Positions 9,170 through 18,449 of a stretch of DNA of 34,061 nucleotides are shown piece after piece; position 1 is the first letter of the stretch; each line of letters opens with the position of its first letter. The notes below the pieces were generated by a model. It saw nothing but the letters and a program-made list of their open reading frames with translations, was not told the DNA's origin and ran no database searches. Position numbers and translations under genes: made by a program. This DNA is from Alphaproteobacteria bacterium (GTDB lineage Bacteria; Pseudomonadota; Alphaproteobacteria; GCA-2731375): positions 15,821-49,881 of the forward strand of contig JAPYUH010000005.1 of the NCBI GenBank assembly GCA_029936195.1, written 5' to 3'.

Positions 9170-10192
9170 ATGGCGGTACAATCAACAAACCACGAATGGC
9201 TGGCACGGGGCGAGGAAGAAACCCTGGAGCCGGACCTGGCCATCTGCGATCCGCACCATCATCTGTGGGAGTTCAACCACACCCGGGTAGCGCACCGTTA
9301 TCTGCTGGATGAAATTCTGGTGGATATGAATTGCGGCCACAACGTGGTCTCCACCGTGTATATCGAATGCGGCGCCATGATCGATGTGAACGACCCGTCC
9401 CCCATGCGCATGGTCAACGAAACCAAATTCGTCAACGGCGTCGCCGCCATGAGCGCCTCGGGCCTGTACGGCGATGTCCAGATCGCCGCCGGCATCGTCG
9501 GGCATGCGGATTTGTGCCTGGGCGATGATGTGGGGACGGTGTTGGAGGCCCACGTGGCGGCCGGGGGCGGACGGTTTCGCGGTATCCGACATTCCTGCAC
9601 CTGGGATGCGGCGCCCGATGTGCCCAATGCCCGTTGCGCCCCGGTTCGCCACCTTTATCAACAGGACAACTTCCGCCAGGGCTTCGCCCATCTGGCGCGC
9701 CACGATATGAGCTTTGAGGGCTGGTGCTATCACACCCAAATCAGTGAATTGAAGGAACTGGCCCAGGCCTTTCCCGACACCACCATCATTCTGGATCATT
9801 TCGGCGGCCCCCTTGGCATCGGACCCTATAAAGGCAAGCTGGAGGAGAATTTCACCCAATGGCGGGCCGACATAACGGCACTGGCCAAATGCCAGAACGT
9901 GGTCGCCAAACTGGGCGGCATCAACATGGAATTGAACGGCTTCGGCTGGCATGAAATGGATCGACCGCCCAGCTCGGAAGAATTGATGCAGGCAACCCGG
10001 CCCTATTATGAACACACCATCGAACAGTTCGGGGCGGACCGGTGCATGTTCGAATCCAATTTTCCCGTCGACATGTGCACCTGCAGCTACAATGTGCTGT
10101 GGAACAGTTTCAAGCGTCTGACGGCGGATTATTCGGCCGATGAAAAGGCCAAGCTGCATCACGATACGGCGACCCAGATCTATCGTCTTTGA
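9170..10192 (+). CDS. Amidohydrolase family protein (L-fuconolactonase / lactonase-like)
   Basis: DPHHHLW, FRGIRH, ILDHFGGP, KLGG, CMFESNFPVD. GGGAGG RBS. Confidence 0.88.
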   Translation: MAVQSTNHEWLARGEEETLEPDLAICDPHHHLWEFNHTRVAHRYLLDEILVDMNCGHNVVSTVYIECGAMIDVNDPSPMRMVNETKFVNGVAAMSASGLYGDVQIAAGIVGHADLCLGDDVGTVLEAHVAAGGGRFRGIRHSCTWDAAPDVPNARCAPVRHLYQQDNFRQGFAHLARHDMSFEGWCYHTQISELKELAQAFPDTTIILDHFGGPLGIGPYKGKLEENFTQWRADITALAKCQNVVAKLGGINMELNGFGWHEMDRPPSSEELMQATRPYYEHTIEQFGADRCMFESNFPVDMCTCSYNVLWNSFKRLTADYSADEKAKLHHDTATQIYRL

Positions 10193-10962
10193 TGGGGTTT
10201 GACCCGGCCGGCCTGCTGCCGGGCGATTTGGCGCCCTGGCTGGCCTTGGTACTATTGGGGCTTAGCGCGGTGACCTCGTTCATCTCGGCTGCCTTCGGCC
10301 TGGGTGGCGGCATGGTGTTGTTGGCGGTGATGGCCACCATTCTGCCGGCCACCGCGTTGGTGCCCGTGCATGGCGTGGTGCAGATCGGCTCCAACATCTC
10401 GCGGGCGGCGGTCATGGTGCGGCATATCCAACTGCCGGTGCTGCTGCCCCTGACCCTGGGCAGCCTGGCCGGCGCGGTGATCGGCGGGCTGATCGCCGTG
10501 CGCTTGCCGGACTGGTTGTTGTTTCTGGCGGTAGGTTCCTTCGTTCTATGGTCGGCGTGGAGCAAGGGTTCAATTCTCCTGGGCCGGGCCACCCTTGTGC
10601 TGGGTGGTGCCATCTCGGGTTTTTTGACCATGTTCATCGGCGGCACGGGGCCGTTCGTGGCGGCAGTAATCAAGACCCTGAAGCTGGACCGCATGAAAAC
10701 CGTCGGCACCCAGGCCGGCTGCATGGTTTTTCAACATGGCATGAAGATCGCCGTGTTCGGCGTCCTCGGCTTTGACTACCTGCCCTATCTGCCCTTGATC
10801 GCCGGCATGATCGCCACTGGTGTCCTGGGCACGCTGATCGGCAGCAAGGTCCTGCACGGCATGGGCGACAGCCGTTTTCGTATTATTCTGACCGGCCTGC
10901 TGACCATTCTGGGACTGCGCCTCTTGTGGCAGTCGGGATCAATCGTTCTGGGGGGCGGTTGA
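10192..10962 (+). CDS. Sulfite exporter TauE/SafE family membrane protein
   Basis: FISAAFGLGGG, VPVHGVVQIGSN, GFLTMFIGGTGP; multiple hydrophobic segments. TGATG overlap with the upstream gene. Confidence 0.85.
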   Translation: MGFDPAGLLPGDLAPWLALVLLGLSAVTSFISAAFGLGGGMVLLAVMATILPATALVPVHGVVQIGSNISRAAVMVRHIQLPVLLPLTLGSLAGAVIGGLIAVRLPDWLLFLAVGSFVLWSAWSKGSILLGRATLVLGGAISGFLTMFIGGTGPFVAAVIKTLKLDRMKTVGTQAGCMVFQHGMKIAVFGVLGFDYLPYLPLIAGMIATGVLGTLIGSKVLHGMGDSRFRIILTGLLTILGLRLLWQSGSIVLGGG

Positions 10963-11013
10963 TCGCGGCGCGATTGACGCTCAGAATAGAAAAAGTATGG
11001 AGGGAGACAGGTC

Positions 11014-11883
11014 ATGAAATTCGGGCTGCGTTATTGCAATACGGGCCGCTATATCGATCCGGCCAAGGCGGTGGAATTGGTGCAGGCGGGCGAGGATGCC
11101 GGGTTCGAGTCCGCCTGGACGGTGGAGCATACCGTGGTGCCGGAAGGCTACCAATCCGCCTATCCCTATTCCGATGACGGCAAGATGGCCGGCGGCCACG
11201 ACGACGTGCCCCTGCCCGACCCCCTGATCTGGATGGCCTACGTGGCGGCGGCGACCAACCAGATCAAATTGGCCACGGGCATCCTGATCCTGCCCCAGCA
11301 TAATCCCGTCATCACCGCCAAGCAGATCGCGACTTTGGATTTTATGTCGGCTGGGCGGGTACTGTTGGGCATCGGTGTCGGCTGGATGCGGGAAGAATTC
11401 GAGGCCCTGGGCGCCCCGTTCGATGACCGCGGCGCGCGCACGGATGACTATGTGGCGGCCATGCGGTCCCTGTGGAGCCAGGAGAAGGCCACCCATCAAG
11501 GCGAATACGCCAGCTTCGAAAACGTCTATTGCCGGCCGCAACCCGTCAATGGTTCGGTCCCCATCATCGTTGGCGGCCATTCCCGGCCAGCGGCGCGGCG
11601 GGCGGGACGTCTGGGCAATGGCTATTTTCCAGCCCGGGGCGCCCCCGCCGACCTGATCGCCCTGGCGCGGAAAACGGCCCAGGAACATGGCCGCGACCCC
11701 GCCGCGATCGAGATCACCACGTCGCTGCCCGACGACATGGACGAAATTCCAGCCCTGGCCGCCGCCGGCGTCAGTCGCATTCTGGTGCCGGTCACGCCCA
11801 TGGCTGGCTTGGCAACGCGAATTTCCAATCCCGACGACGTCAAGAACTGGCGCGACATCATCGACAAATACGCCGAGGTTTAG
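11014..11883 (+). CDS. LLM-class (luciferase-like) oxidoreductase, TIGR03619/Rv2161c-like group usually annotated F420-dependent
   Basis: GFESAWTVEHTVVP, PDPLIWMAYVAA, LATGILILPQHNP, GIGVGWMREEF, PIIVGG. GGAGG RBS. Confidence 0.88.
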   Translation: MKFGLRYCNTGRYIDPAKAVELVQAGEDAGFESAWTVEHTVVPEGYQSAYPYSDDGKMAGGHDDVPLPDPLIWMAYVAAATNQIKLATGILILPQHNPVITAKQIATLDFMSAGRVLLGIGVGWMREEFEALGAPFDDRGARTDDYVAAMRSLWSQEKATHQGEYASFENVYCRPQPVNGSVPIIVGGHSRPAARRAGRLGNGYFPARGAPADLIALARKTAQEHGRDPAAIEITTSLPDDMDEIPALAAAGVSRILVPVTPMAGLATRISNPDDVKNWRDIIDKYAEV

Positions 11884-13259
11884 ATGTTGGGATGGCCAAT
11901 GCCGTCCGTGGATCGTTCGTAGGCATGGGCAATATCGAGCATCCTGGCCTCGTCGAAAGGTTGCGCGACGATCTGCAAACCCATGGGCAGGCCGTTCGCG
12001 GCCAGACCGCAAGGCACGGAAATTGCCGGCCAGCCCAAGGCGTTGAAGGGCAAGGTGTTGCGGGCCCTCATCCGCACCAGGCCGGGGTCGTCTTCAGTTA
12101 TCGGACAGGCGGCCAGGGCGGTGGTGGGCAGTACAAGGGCATCAAAACCCTGGAAAGCCGCCATGATGCCGCGTTTCAATTGCCGGCGCAGTTGCTGGGC
12201 CTGAACATATTCGACGGCGTTATGGCTGCGGCCCGACTCTATGACCCGCCGCAGGGTGGGGCCGAAATCATCCGGCCGTGCCTCAAAACGGCGGTGATGA
12301 TAGGCGGCCGCCTCCACCCCGATCATCAGATTGGTGCAATAGCTTAATGTTTTCAGATCGGGCAGCTTGATTTCTTCAATCACGGCGCCTTGGTCCCCCA
12401 GCACCGCGATCGCCCGTTCCGCGGCGGCGGCCCATTCGGGATCGCAGCCGGTGAAAAAATCAACACGGGGAATGGCGAGGCGGACGCCGTTTATTGGGCC
12501 GGCCGGCGCGGCAAAATCCGGTAGCGGGACATCCGCGCTATGGGGATCATCGGGGTCGTGACCCGAAATAGCCCCCAAGACCATGGCCGCGTCCCCCACG
12601 CTGCGCGTCATGGGACCCAGATGGTCCATGCTGTTGGACAACACCATGGCGCCTTGTTTGGAAACCCGGCCAAACGTGGGCTTTAGGCCGACAATGCCGC
12701 ACAGGGCCGCGGGCTGGCGGATCGACATGGCGGTGTCGCTGCCAATGGCGGCGAAGGCCAGACCGGCGGCCACCGCCGCCGCCGAACCGCCCGACGAGCC
12801 GCCGGTGATGTAATCCCGGTTCCAGGGATTGCCGGGTCCACCGAAAGCCGAGGATTGCGAGGACGAATCCGCCGCGCCCTCGGACAGATTGGTCTTACCG
12901 AGCAGCACCGCGCCGGCATCCGCCAGTTTGGCCACCACCATGGCATCAAAATCCGGGATGTCATCGGCATAGGCGCGCGAGGCAAAGGTAGTGCGGATGC
13001 CCTTGGTGGCCAACAGGTCCTTCACCGCCACGGGAATACCGTGCAAGGGCCCCCGGTCATGGCCCGCCGATAGCTCACGCTGGGCCGTTTCCGCTTGGGC
13101 CAGGGCCAGCTCGCCGGTCACGGTGATGAAGCTGTTGAGTTCGCTATCCAGGCTATCAATCCGCGAAAGCATGGCCTGGGTCAGCTCAACAACACCTATG
13201 TCGCCCTGGCGCAACAGGACACCGGCTTCTTCGATTGACAGCCAATGGTGATCCCGCAT
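11880..13259 (-). CDS. Amidase-signature family enzyme (GatA-like fold)
   Basis: GPLHGIPVAVKD, GKTN, GGSSGGS, GSDTAMSIRQPA, GLKPTFGRVS, GLPMGLQ. Confidence 0.9.
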   Translation of the reverse strand: MRDHHWLSIEEAGVLLRQGDIGVVELTQAMLSRIDSLDSELNSFITVTGELALAQAETAQRELSAGHDRGPLHGIPVAVKDLLATKGIRTTFASRAYADDIPDFDAMVVAKLADAGAVLLGKTNLSEGAADSSSQSSAFGGPGNPWNRDYITGGSSGGSAAAVAAGLAFAAIGSDTAMSIRQPAALCGIVGLKPTFGRVSKQGAMVLSNSMDHLGPMTRSVGDAAMVLGAISGHDPDDPHSADVPLPDFAAPAGPINGVRLAIPRVDFFTGCDPEWAAAAERAIAVLGDQGAVIEEIKLPDLKTLSYCTNLMIGVEAAAYHHRRFEARPDDFGPTLRRVIESGRSHNAVEYVQAQQLRRQLKRGIMAAFQGFDALVLPTTALAACPITEDDPGLVRMRARNTLPFNALGWPAISVPCGLAANGLPMGLQIVAQPFDEARMLDIAHAYERSTDGIGHPNI

Positions 13260-14140
13260 CAGGGGCGGCGGGCCTGGACGAAATGCAAACTGCTCGGCAC
13301 CCGCGCTTCGTCCGTGCCGTCGTAGTAGACCGACAGCCGGCTCTCTATCTCGGCGCCGATTGCCGCCAGGGTTTCCGGCGACGGATCATGGTTCGCGATG
13401 ATCCTGGAGGCCGGGCCGATGTTCAAGGCGTAGTCGGCTGCCTCTATAAGATCGGAAATGGGCGTTAGATCAACGGTCTCGGACAAGACCGAAATATCCC
13501 GGAAGCCAGCGCCCGTCAAAATTTCGGTCACATAATCAGTATCGGCAAAGGCCAATGGCCCCGGTGCCCGTGGCGGCGCGGCTTCCGGCGCACCGAGGAA
13601 CTTGATCGCGGCGTCCCGTGGAATGAAAAACCAGGGGTTCTCGGCCATTGGCGCCCAACAGACGAAACACAACCGGCCGCCCGGACGCAAGGCCGTCAGA
13701 AGGTTGGCAAACGCCGCTGTCGGATCCTCGAAAAACATTACGCCGAACCTTGATAACAACAGATCGTGGCGCCCGGCGGCAAATTGGTGACTTTGCGCAT
13801 CAGCGATCTCGAACATCAATTCGGCCGTCCCCGCGTGCTGTTTCGCCCGGCTGCGGGCCAGATCAAGCATGGCATGGGAAAGATCGATGCCCAGGACGCC
13901 ACCTTCCGGGCCGACAGCATCGGCGGCGGCCAGCACGGTGGCGCCGGTGCCGCAACCGATGTCGAGGACCCGTTCGCCGGCCTTGATAGCGGCGTGTTCA
14001 AACAAACGCCGCCCGGGCCCGCTCAACAAATGGTCCATTATGGCCTGATTTTGGGTCCAGGCGTCGCCCGCCTTGGCGTTCCAATATTCGGACTGTGCGC
14101 TGTTCGCCACGGCTTTTGGTGTCTCTGTCATTGTATTCAA
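13259..14140 (-). CDS. Class I SAM-dependent methyltransferase
   Basis: VLDIGCGTG, GIDLS..ML, ADAQ, SRFGVMFF.DP, LRPGGRL. TTG 14140 overlaps the upstream stop; ATG 14131 is an alternative start. Confidence 0.9.
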   Translation of the reverse strand: MNTMTETPKAVANSAQSEYWNAKAGDAWTQNQAIMDHLLSGPGRRLFEHAAIKAGERVLDIGCGTGATVLAAADAVGPEGGVLGIDLSHAMLDLARSRAKQHAGTAELMFEIADAQSHQFAAGRHDLLLSRFGVMFFEDPTAAFANLLTALRPGGRLCFVCWAPMAENPWFFIPRDAAIKFLGAPEAAPPRAPGPLAFADTDYVTEILTGAGFRDISVLSETVDLTPISDLIEAADYALNIGPASRIIANHDPSPETLAAIGAEIESRLSVYYDGTDEARVPSSLHFVQARRP

Positions 14141-14877
14141 TCACTCCATCCGCCGCTGAGGGAAAAAAACTGACCGGTCTGGAACCGGTTTTCGCCGTCC
14201 AACAAGGAGGCGGCGAAATGGGCAACTTCGTCGGGCCGGCCTAAACGATGCATGGGGGTTCGTTTCTCAACCCGGCTGCGAACCTCCGGATCGTCGGCGC
14301 CGTTGGCCTTGATGAAACCCGGATAATCCAGAAAGTTGGTGCCCAGGGCATTGATGCAAACCCCCTTGTCCGCGACATCCAGGGCGGCTGCCTTGACCAT
14401 CATATTAGCCCCCGCCCGCGTCGCCGAGTATAATGCCGAGGCCGGCACGGGACGGCGACCGGTGGCCGAGGTGACAATGACGATCTGTCCAGCGCCATTG
14501 GGCACCATGACCGCCAACAGCGCCTGCAGGGCATGAAACACCGCCTCCTGATTGGCCCCCTGCAGGGTCTGTAATTGTTCCAGCGTGGCTTCGGTGAAAC
14601 GGCCGCCGATGATCACGCCCGTGCGCACGCAGGCGGCGTCCAACCGGCCAAAACGTTCCAGCCCCACCGCGATCAGGCGGGCAATGGCGCTGCCGTCGAC
14701 GAGATCCCGGCAACCCTGGACCGCCACCACATCGGCGCCCAGTGCCTCCACCTCCCCTACCAGGCCCGGCAGGGGATCGCCCAGGATCAGGTCATGGTCG
14801 CGGGCAGCCAGTTTGCGGGCCAGATCGGGGCCCAGATGAAGATTGCAATCGGTGATCAGCGCAACGCGTCGGGTCAT
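14137..14877 (-). CDS. Halohydrin dehalogenase-like SDR-fold enzyme (G-type-like)
   Basis: No TGxxxGxG motif; instead T9-x4-H14-x-G16. Triad S137-x12-Y150-x3-R154. Segments GTNFLDYPGF and NRFQTGQFF resemble HheG as I recall its sequence. Confidence 0.8.
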   Translation of the reverse strand: MTRRVALITDCNLHLGPDLARKLAARDHDLILGDPLPGLVGEVEALGADVVAVQGCRDLVDGSAIARLIAVGLERFGRLDAACVRTGVIIGGRFTEATLEQLQTLQGANQEAVFHALQALLAVMVPNGAGQIVIVTSATGRRPVPASALYSATRAGANMMVKAAALDVADKGVCINALGTNFLDYPGFIKANGADDPEVRSRVEKRTPMHRLGRPDEVAHFAASLLDGENRFQTGQFFSLSGGWSD

Positions 14878-14940
14878 GACGGTGTCTTTCTGCCTGCATG
14901 AGGTGACAAGCATAGACTATTTTGCGAAGACGATGTTCCC

Positions 14941-14977
14941 AAGGAAAAGGGGCACACCGGCAACGCCGGCGCACCCC
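14941..14977 (-). terminator. Rho-independent terminator of the TRAP operon
   Basis: Minus-strand RNA GGGGUGCGCCGG-CGUUG-CCGGUGUGCCCC-UUUUCCUU: 12-bp stem with G-U pairs and a U tract, ~20 nt after the dctM stop. Confidence 0.7.
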
Positions 14978-14998
14978 TGTTTCGAAATGGCTACGGGT

Positions 14999-16345
14999 TT
15001 ACGACCTCAGCAACAAGGTCGGCAGCCAGAGACTGATTTCCGGGAAGGCGATAAGCAACGCCAGGGTCACGATATCCATCGCCAGGAACCACATGATGCC
15101 CTTGAAGATGGTCTCCAGCGGGACGGCATCGCCCACCACGCCTTTCAGAATATAGACGTTCAGACCAACGGGCGGGGTAATCAGCCCGATCTCCAGGAAC
15201 TTGACCATGATGACGCCGAACCAGACCAGGTCATAGCCCAGGTCCTGGATCACCGGCGTGACCACGGGAAGGGTTAGCAGCATCATGCCCAAGGGGTCCA
15301 TGAAGGTGCCCAGCACAATGTAGATGACGGATAGGGAGACCAGGATCATCACCGGCGGGACATCCAGATGGCCAGCCCAGACGGTCAACTCGGCCGCAAC
15401 GCCGGTCAGGGCGATGAAGCCGACAAAAATCTTCGCGCCCAGAACCAGGGCAAAGATATTGGCCGACTGGCGGGCAGTTTCGACCAGGGCATCCTTGGCC
15501 GAATCCTTGTTCAGACGCTTGGCCAGAAAGCCCAGGATCCAGGCGCCCGCGGCACCGGCGGCGGCCGCCTCCGTCGGGGTGACGATACCAGAATAAATGC
15601 CGCCCATGACGATGGTGAACAAGGCCAGGATGGACCAGGTGCCCTTCAGGGAGGTGATCTTCTCGGTCCAGTTGGAGGGCTCGCCGCGAGGGGCAAATTC
15701 TGGATTGGCCCGGGCCCGGACCCAAACCATGGCCATGTAGATTGCGGCGGACAGAATGCCCGGGATCAGGCCGGCCATCAAAAGCTGGCCAACGGATTCT
15801 TCCGTGAAGATGCCGTACAGGATCATCAGGATCGATGGCGGGATCAGCGACCCCAGGGTGCCGGAGGCGGCGACGACGCCGGTTGCCAGGCCGGGATCGT
15901 ATTTATGCCGCAGCATTTCGGGCACGGCCAATTTGCCCATGGCCGCGGCCGTCGCCAGGGAGGAGCCGCTGACGGCGGCGAACATGGCACAACCCAGGAC
16001 CGAGGCCAGGGCCAAACCGCCATGCAGTTTCGACATCCAGACCCGCGCGGTGTCATAAATATCCCGGGTGAAGCCGGCGTGGAATGCCACATAACCCATC
16101 AACAAAAACAGCGGCACCGCCACAATGGGGAAAGAGGCGATAAAGGAGAACGGTTCCAGCGCCGCATAGGCGAAGGCCGCCTCGAAACCGCGGTCAAAGT
16201 CAAATTGTTCGCCTTCGGGCCAGCCGACCGCGAAGATCAAGCCGACGAAGCCGACGATGGCCATGCCAAAGGCGATGGGCACCCGCAGGGACACGAGAAA
16301 CAGCATCGCGCCCAGGCCGAGCATACCTAGTAAAAAAGGATCCAT
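14999..16345 (-). CDS. dctM: TRAP transporter large permease
   Basis: AVPLFLLMG, FAAVSGSSLATAA, SGTLGSLIPPS, GGIYSGIVTPTEA, EIGLITPPVGLN. Confidence 0.93.
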   Translation of the reverse strand: MDPFLLGMLGLGAMLFLVSLRVPIAFGMAIVGFVGLIFAVGWPEGEQFDFDRGFEAAFAYAALEPFSFIASFPIVAVPLFLLMGYVAFHAGFTRDIYDTARVWMSKLHGGLALASVLGCAMFAAVSGSSLATAAAMGKLAVPEMLRHKYDPGLATGVVAASGTLGSLIPPSILMILYGIFTEESVGQLLMAGLIPGILSAAIYMAMVWVRARANPEFAPRGEPSNWTEKITSLKGTWSILALFTIVMGGIYSGIVTPTEAAAAGAAGAWILGFLAKRLNKDSAKDALVETARQSANIFALVLGAKIFVGFIALTGVAAELTVWAGHLDVPPVMILVSLSVIYIVLGTFMDPLGMMLLTLPVVTPVIQDLGYDLVWFGVIMVKFLEIGLITPPVGLNVYILKGVVGDAVPLETIFKGIMWFLAMDIVTLALLIAFPEISLWLPTLLLRS

Positions 16346-16360
16346 TACGTATCAAAACTC

Positions 16361-16891
16361 TCAAAGTTCGGCGTCAAGGATGCGGTCTTCTTCCGACCGT
16401 GTCGCTGTCGCCGTGTCATTAACAATGCCGTGGATCGATTGGATAAGATCCACCAGCAAACGTACCGCGAAGAGTGCCACGCCGAAGAACACGGCAAATT
16501 TGGCCGGCCATTCGACCAGTTCCAAGGGCCCTTCCACGTAGGCTTGGATTTCGTAGGATTCATAAAAATCCGTGAACACGGCCCAGCCGACAATGGTAAA
16601 GGCAATCAAACCGACAAATACGCCAAATGTCTCCAAAATCACTTTCTTCCGGTTCGGCATCCATTCCGTAAAAATCGTGACGAAGACATGCTCCCGCGAG
16701 GCCTGAACCGAACTCAATGGCAAAAATACGACGAACACCATCAGAAATTCGGAAAACACCAAGTCGTCGGGTATGGGTGCGGCAAACAAATATCGCCCCA
16801 AAACAGAGAAGCAGACCAACAAGGTCATTGTGACCAAGGCCGTTACAGAAATAACGACTGTTATGCGATCTATCGTATTTAATATTTTCAC
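16361..16891 (-). CDS. dctQ: TRAP transporter small permease
   Basis: Four hydrophobic segments, VLGRYLF, EHVFVTIF; lies between dctP and dctM. Confidence 0.88.
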   Translation of the reverse strand: MKILNTIDRITVVISVTALVTMTLLVCFSVLGRYLFAAPIPDDLVFSEFLMVFVVFLPLSSVQASREHVFVTIFTEWMPNRKKVILETFGVFVGLIAFTIVGWAVFTDFYESYEIQAYVEGPLELVEWPAKFAVFFGVALFAVRLLVDLIQSIHGIVNDTATATRSEEDRILDAEL

Positions 16892-16900
16892 AACAAGATT

Positions 16901-16935
16901 GTGGGGTTCCGTCCAAGACTTGGCCGGAACCCCAC
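16901..16935 (-). promoter_or_regulatory. Intercistronic stem-loop between dctP and dctQ
   Basis: Perfect 11-bp inverted repeat GTGGGGTTCCG (16901-16911) / CGGAACCCCAC (16925-16935) with inner CCAA/TTGG pairing. Confidence 0.65.
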
Positions 16936-16971
16936 CCTTTTACAGATTGTGCGTGAACTTAGTTCGCAATC

Positions 16972-18054
16972 CTAGTTCTTAGGCGCCCAAGGATAGCCGT
17001 CGTCCTTGAGTTTCTTGGTCCATTTGGCGTGGACCGCCTTGAACTTGGCGATGAATGCATCCGCATCCATGCCCTTTTTGGTGACCTTGGCCTTCCAATC
17101 AGAGGTGAAAGAGGCCGCGGCCGCGACGAACTTGGCATGTTCTTCCTTGCTCAAGGTATAGATGTTGACCTTTTTGCCATCGATGCCTTTTTGCAGAGAT
17201 TCCCGAGCCTCTTCGGTTGCTTCGATGGATTTTCTTGCGTAAACATCCATGTATTCATCGGAGGTCTTCACCAACACGTCCCGGATATCGTCCGGCATAC
17301 TTTTGAGCAGCTTTGTATTGATGCCGCCGCCATAGCCGAGAACCTGGCCCATGGCCGCTTCCGTCAAATGCGAGGCAACTTCATAATGTTTGTAGGATTT
17401 GACGAACGGCGTGTAGTTGATGGTGCCGTCGATGGTGCCGCGGTCCAGGGCCGCATAAAGCTCGCCAAAGCCGATCTTCACCGGCACCGCGCCCAGCGCC
17501 TTGAACAGATGGGTCCAACCGCCCGATGTGCGGATCTTCAGGCCCTTGAGCCCGGCGGCGGTTACCACCTTCTTTTTGGCCATCAGCAATTGTACCGGGC
17601 CGGTGGTGTTATTGAAAAGAATGGTGACCTTATGCTTGTCGGTCTCCGCCTTGATTTCCGGTACGGTCTGGCGCAGTTCGAACCAAGTGCGCATGCCAAC
17701 CCAGGCATCTGAATGCAGGAACGGCGTATTGGCATAATTCCAGACCGGGAATTCGGCCGGGTGATAGATGCCGATGATGGTGCCCATGTCCGACAGCCCC
17801 GAACCGACCGCCTTCATGGTCGCCTTGCCTTTCACCAATGACTGGCTCCAGAACCACTTGATCTTGATATTGCCCTTGGAACGGGTCTCAAGTGCCTCGG
17901 CCCACCAGAACAACGCATTGGCGCGCGGGCCGCGGGGCGGTCCGATATCCGCATAACGAAGAGTGTAAACCTTGGCTTCCGCCGATGAATAGCCGACTGG
18001 CGCGGCTAGCAGAGCGGTCGCCGCAATGGCGCCGCAAAGAGCAAGTTTGAACAT
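16972..18054 (-). CDS. dctP: TRAP transporter substrate-binding protein
   Basis: Signal peptide MFKLALCGAIAATALLAAP, GLKIRTSGG (conserved Arg), LGAVPV, ELYAALDRGTIDG. GGGGGA RBS before ATG 18054. Confidence 0.92.
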   Translation of the reverse strand: MFKLALCGAIAATALLAAPVGYSSAEAKVYTLRYADIGPPRGPRANALFWWAEALETRSKGNIKIKWFWSQSLVKGKATMKAVGSGLSDMGTIIGIYHPAEFPVWNYANTPFLHSDAWVGMRTWFELRQTVPEIKAETDKHKVTILFNNTTGPVQLLMAKKKVVTAAGLKGLKIRTSGGWTHLFKALGAVPVKIGFGELYAALDRGTIDGTINYTPFVKSYKHYEVASHLTEAAMGQVLGYGGGINTKLLKSMPDDIRDVLVKTSDEYMDVYARKSIEATEEARESLQKGIDGKKVNIYTLSKEEHAKFVAAAASFTSDWKAKVTKKGMDADAFIAKFKAVHAKWTKKLKDDGYPWAPKN

Positions 18055-18449
18055 GTGTAATCCCCCGATTAGGACAAAATTTCTATTAATTGTTACCTGA
18101 ATTTTCCCAGACAACCTCCAAAGAGGCTCCAACAATAACTATGTTTAATGAAAAATGAAACAGTTTAGCGCCCGCCGCCGGTTACCGTCGGTCAAGCAGG
18201 CAGGCGGGACAGGCCCCAATTCAGGGATTTGAAGCCTGATAGGATAGAGAATTACAGTCGTGGAGACCTGTGCGGGACGCTCATGCCTTTTTTGATATTA
18301 GGCGGGCCATCCGCCGAATGGGTTTTATCAGAGGGATCGGGCGCGGACGGCAAGGCATCAATTTCGGTTATGCGGGCAACTCAATATTAACAACAGGCGC
18401 CGAAAATTTCCGCGCAGCGTGACCGAATTTGTCGTTCGATATCTTTAAG

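Noticed and set aside
11880-13259. Calling the amidase gatA
   Set aside because: No gatB/gatC nearby and the GatA-specific motifs are altered.
18256-18272. AGTCGTGGAGACCTGT resembling the 3' end of a cobalamin riboswitch
   Set aside because: Wrong strand relative to dctP, and no B12-box core elements found upstream.
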